From Cladosporium halotolerans (taxonomy: Eukaryota), in assembly GCF_011745625.1 (NCBI RefSeq), contig NW_027191467.1:124001-188000 (forward strand): 64,000 nt of DNA, written 5' to 3'. The notes under the pieces were generated by a model. That model saw nothing but the letters and a program-made list of their open reading frames with translations. It did no database searches and had not been told where the DNA came from. Positions 62,184-64,000 of this stretch are shown here, one piece after another. Made by a program: the position numbers and the translations under genes. The first letter of the stretch is position 1, and each line of letters begins with the position of its first letter.

Positions 62184-63545
62184 AATGGCGGTCGTCGTGT
62201 GTTTCCCTTGGGATGTATCAGACGCCCAGAGGGGTTTGCGCTTGCATGTGGTGGGTGATTATCCAAGTCGAGGCTGACTTGTTGCAACCAGGTCAAAGCT
62301 CCTGACCCTTGGACGATCGCGCGAAGCGCGTCTACCTTGCAAGAGGCGACGTATTAGTCCCGAAATAGCCAACCCTAACCCTAGTGCGATTGAACCAACC
62401 AACCTCACTTGGTCGCAGGATCGCGATCAAACACAGCCTCGATACGTCTTCACGTGCCAGAGGTGTCCTATCGACGCATGCTGCTCGTCTGAAATGCGAA
62501 ATCGTGCGCTCCCCTTCGAATAGTGTCTATCCTGCGCTTATGAGGCTGTTGAAAAGACGATTGCCCACAATCACTCAGGAACAGCGTGATCGATGGGTAG
62601 AGTCCACATGCTCAGACCGTTGGACCGGCACATGATGTCTGGTTGAATCAAAACATCGTGCGCTCTCCTTACAACTCAAGTATGTGCTGCTATCGGAACT
62701 CACAGCTAGAGAAATCATGGCGACTTCCCAGAAGCAGTGCGAGGGAGAGCATGGATTTCAACTGCTCGGGCTTTCTTGATTGGGACATATCCTTTCGATT
62801 GCTGGAGATCAAAGTCGCGCGCTATCTTCCTCAAAACCCGTTCGTGCGCTTATATCGAAAGTCGCCACAAGGAAACTCTTCGCATTATCCGGGAACAACA
62901 CAAGCGAGGTGATGGGCATTCACATGCTCAGGATCGGCACATGATCTCTTCGGTCAAAATTATCAAGGCAGCGTGGTCTCCGTCAAGTCTTGTTAATGCG
63001 CTCTTCTCTAGACTGTTGGCAAGAAAAACGCTGTCTGCTTACTTGGAGCAGCACAATTTTGACACGGAGAGGTACGACTTCTGAGTCGTGATTCGAAGTG
63101 GTCAGGGTCAACAGCTCGATATGCGTCTATTTATGACCTCAGAAAATTCTGCTGCCGGGCACTCAGGCAGGACATCACAAGATCGGGCATTGTGCTGTTC
63201 TGCGGATCGGCACCGGTTGCTGGTCGCCGGTGGCGGTCGTCATGCGTCAACACCGTCAACACCTCTCATCCACCCGTCCAACGCTCCTTCCTCACGTCGT
63301 GCTTTGCTTCTTTACTGATCTGGTACTGCTGAAGACTTGGCATTGCCGCCTTCGCCGCCGCTGCGCTGAAAAGTCTTTCACTGCCCACTTCCCACCTGTC
63401 ATCTCTCACCCAAGGCAATCACCACTATGTTTCTTTCCACCACCCTTCCCTCCTCTTCAGGCTATCCATTTGGCCTTGCCCTGCTTCTTGCCAGCAGCGC
63501 ATTCGACCTCCCTTTACATGGAAGACTCGGATTTACCCTTGGTCG

Positions 63546-63845
63546 CCTGCTTGATTGCAGCACCTGGTCGCCTCCCACTATCGGAGTGCCCACTTCATAC
63601 CTATCTTGGGGCACCGCTTCATTGCGTCTGCCCCACCCATCTGCTTAATTGCAGCACCTTTCTGGCTTCTTCCACTATCGAAGAGCCAGTGTCAAAACCT
63701 CACAGCTGCGCTTAAATGCGCCTGTGCACTGTGCCTGCTTAGTTGCAGCATCTCCCTGGTCGCCTCCCACTATCGGAGGCCCACTCAAGGACCTCACAGC
63801 TGCGCTCATATGCGCCTGTACACTCAGTGCCTGCTTGACAGAAGT
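63546..63845. repeat. Degenerate tandem repeat, about 94-96 nt unit, about 3.2 copies
   Basis: CTGCTT anchors at 63547, 63641, 63735 and 63831. Shared blocks TTGCAGCA, CTGGTCGCCTCCCACTATCGGAG and ACCTCACAGCTGCGCT. Confidence 0.8.
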
Positions 63846-64000
63846 GCTCTGCGGAGTTGTCAAACATCAGTGGTGCAGAACCAATCACGACGGCACAGCA
63901 TTCATTGAAAATCACCGCGTGCCGCCCGTTATCCGCGAACTTGTCTCCCTAGCATGGTACGAAGGCGAGCTCAAGGGTTATGGGACTCAACGTGCAGAAT

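Noticed and set aside
62384..63320. Short ORFs and a ~19-nt imperfect direct repeat (ATCGTGCGCTC near 62501 and 62655)
   Set aside because: Too short and unsupported to call a gene or element.
63546..63845. CRISPR-like reading of the repeat array
   Set aside because: Eukaryotic context, degenerate repeats, inter-block segments related to each other, and no cas genes.

Overview
Gene-dense, intron-containing genomic DNA from a filamentous ascomycete (Pezizomycotina; probably a Dothideomycete, by inference). It holds about 26 protein genes: an MFS permease, DUF1993, small cytochrome b5, SDR, DsbA/FrnE, a secreted HExxH protein, a Tls1/C9orf78-like protein, a CCCH zinc finger, a Ser/Thr-rich secreted protein, DNMT5, a 2H phosphoesterase, THI4, a lipocalin-like protein, DPH7, VID27, PRP3, RPA190, an FtsJ-like MTase, divergent histones H4/H3, a pseudo-E2, Mpv17, EXO5 and PMT1. 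It also holds an intron-containing tRNA-Lys(CTT) and a TPP riboswitch controlling THI4 5'UTR splicing. The most notable non-annotated signals are: (1) a UGA-CUAG readthrough context plus a hairpin after the lipocalin-like gene, opening a 28-aa Arg/Ser-rich tail; (2) a [D1,2]/[A2,3] spliceosomal twin intron needed to put the DUF1993 gene in frame; (3) the full two-donor/uORF riboswitch architecture of THI4; (4) single-base frameshifts in A-runs of DNMT5 and the FtsJ-like gene, possibly assembly errors; (5) recurrent C-rich to G-rich skew flips independent of gene orientation. All family assignments come from motif recognition by eye, not database searches.
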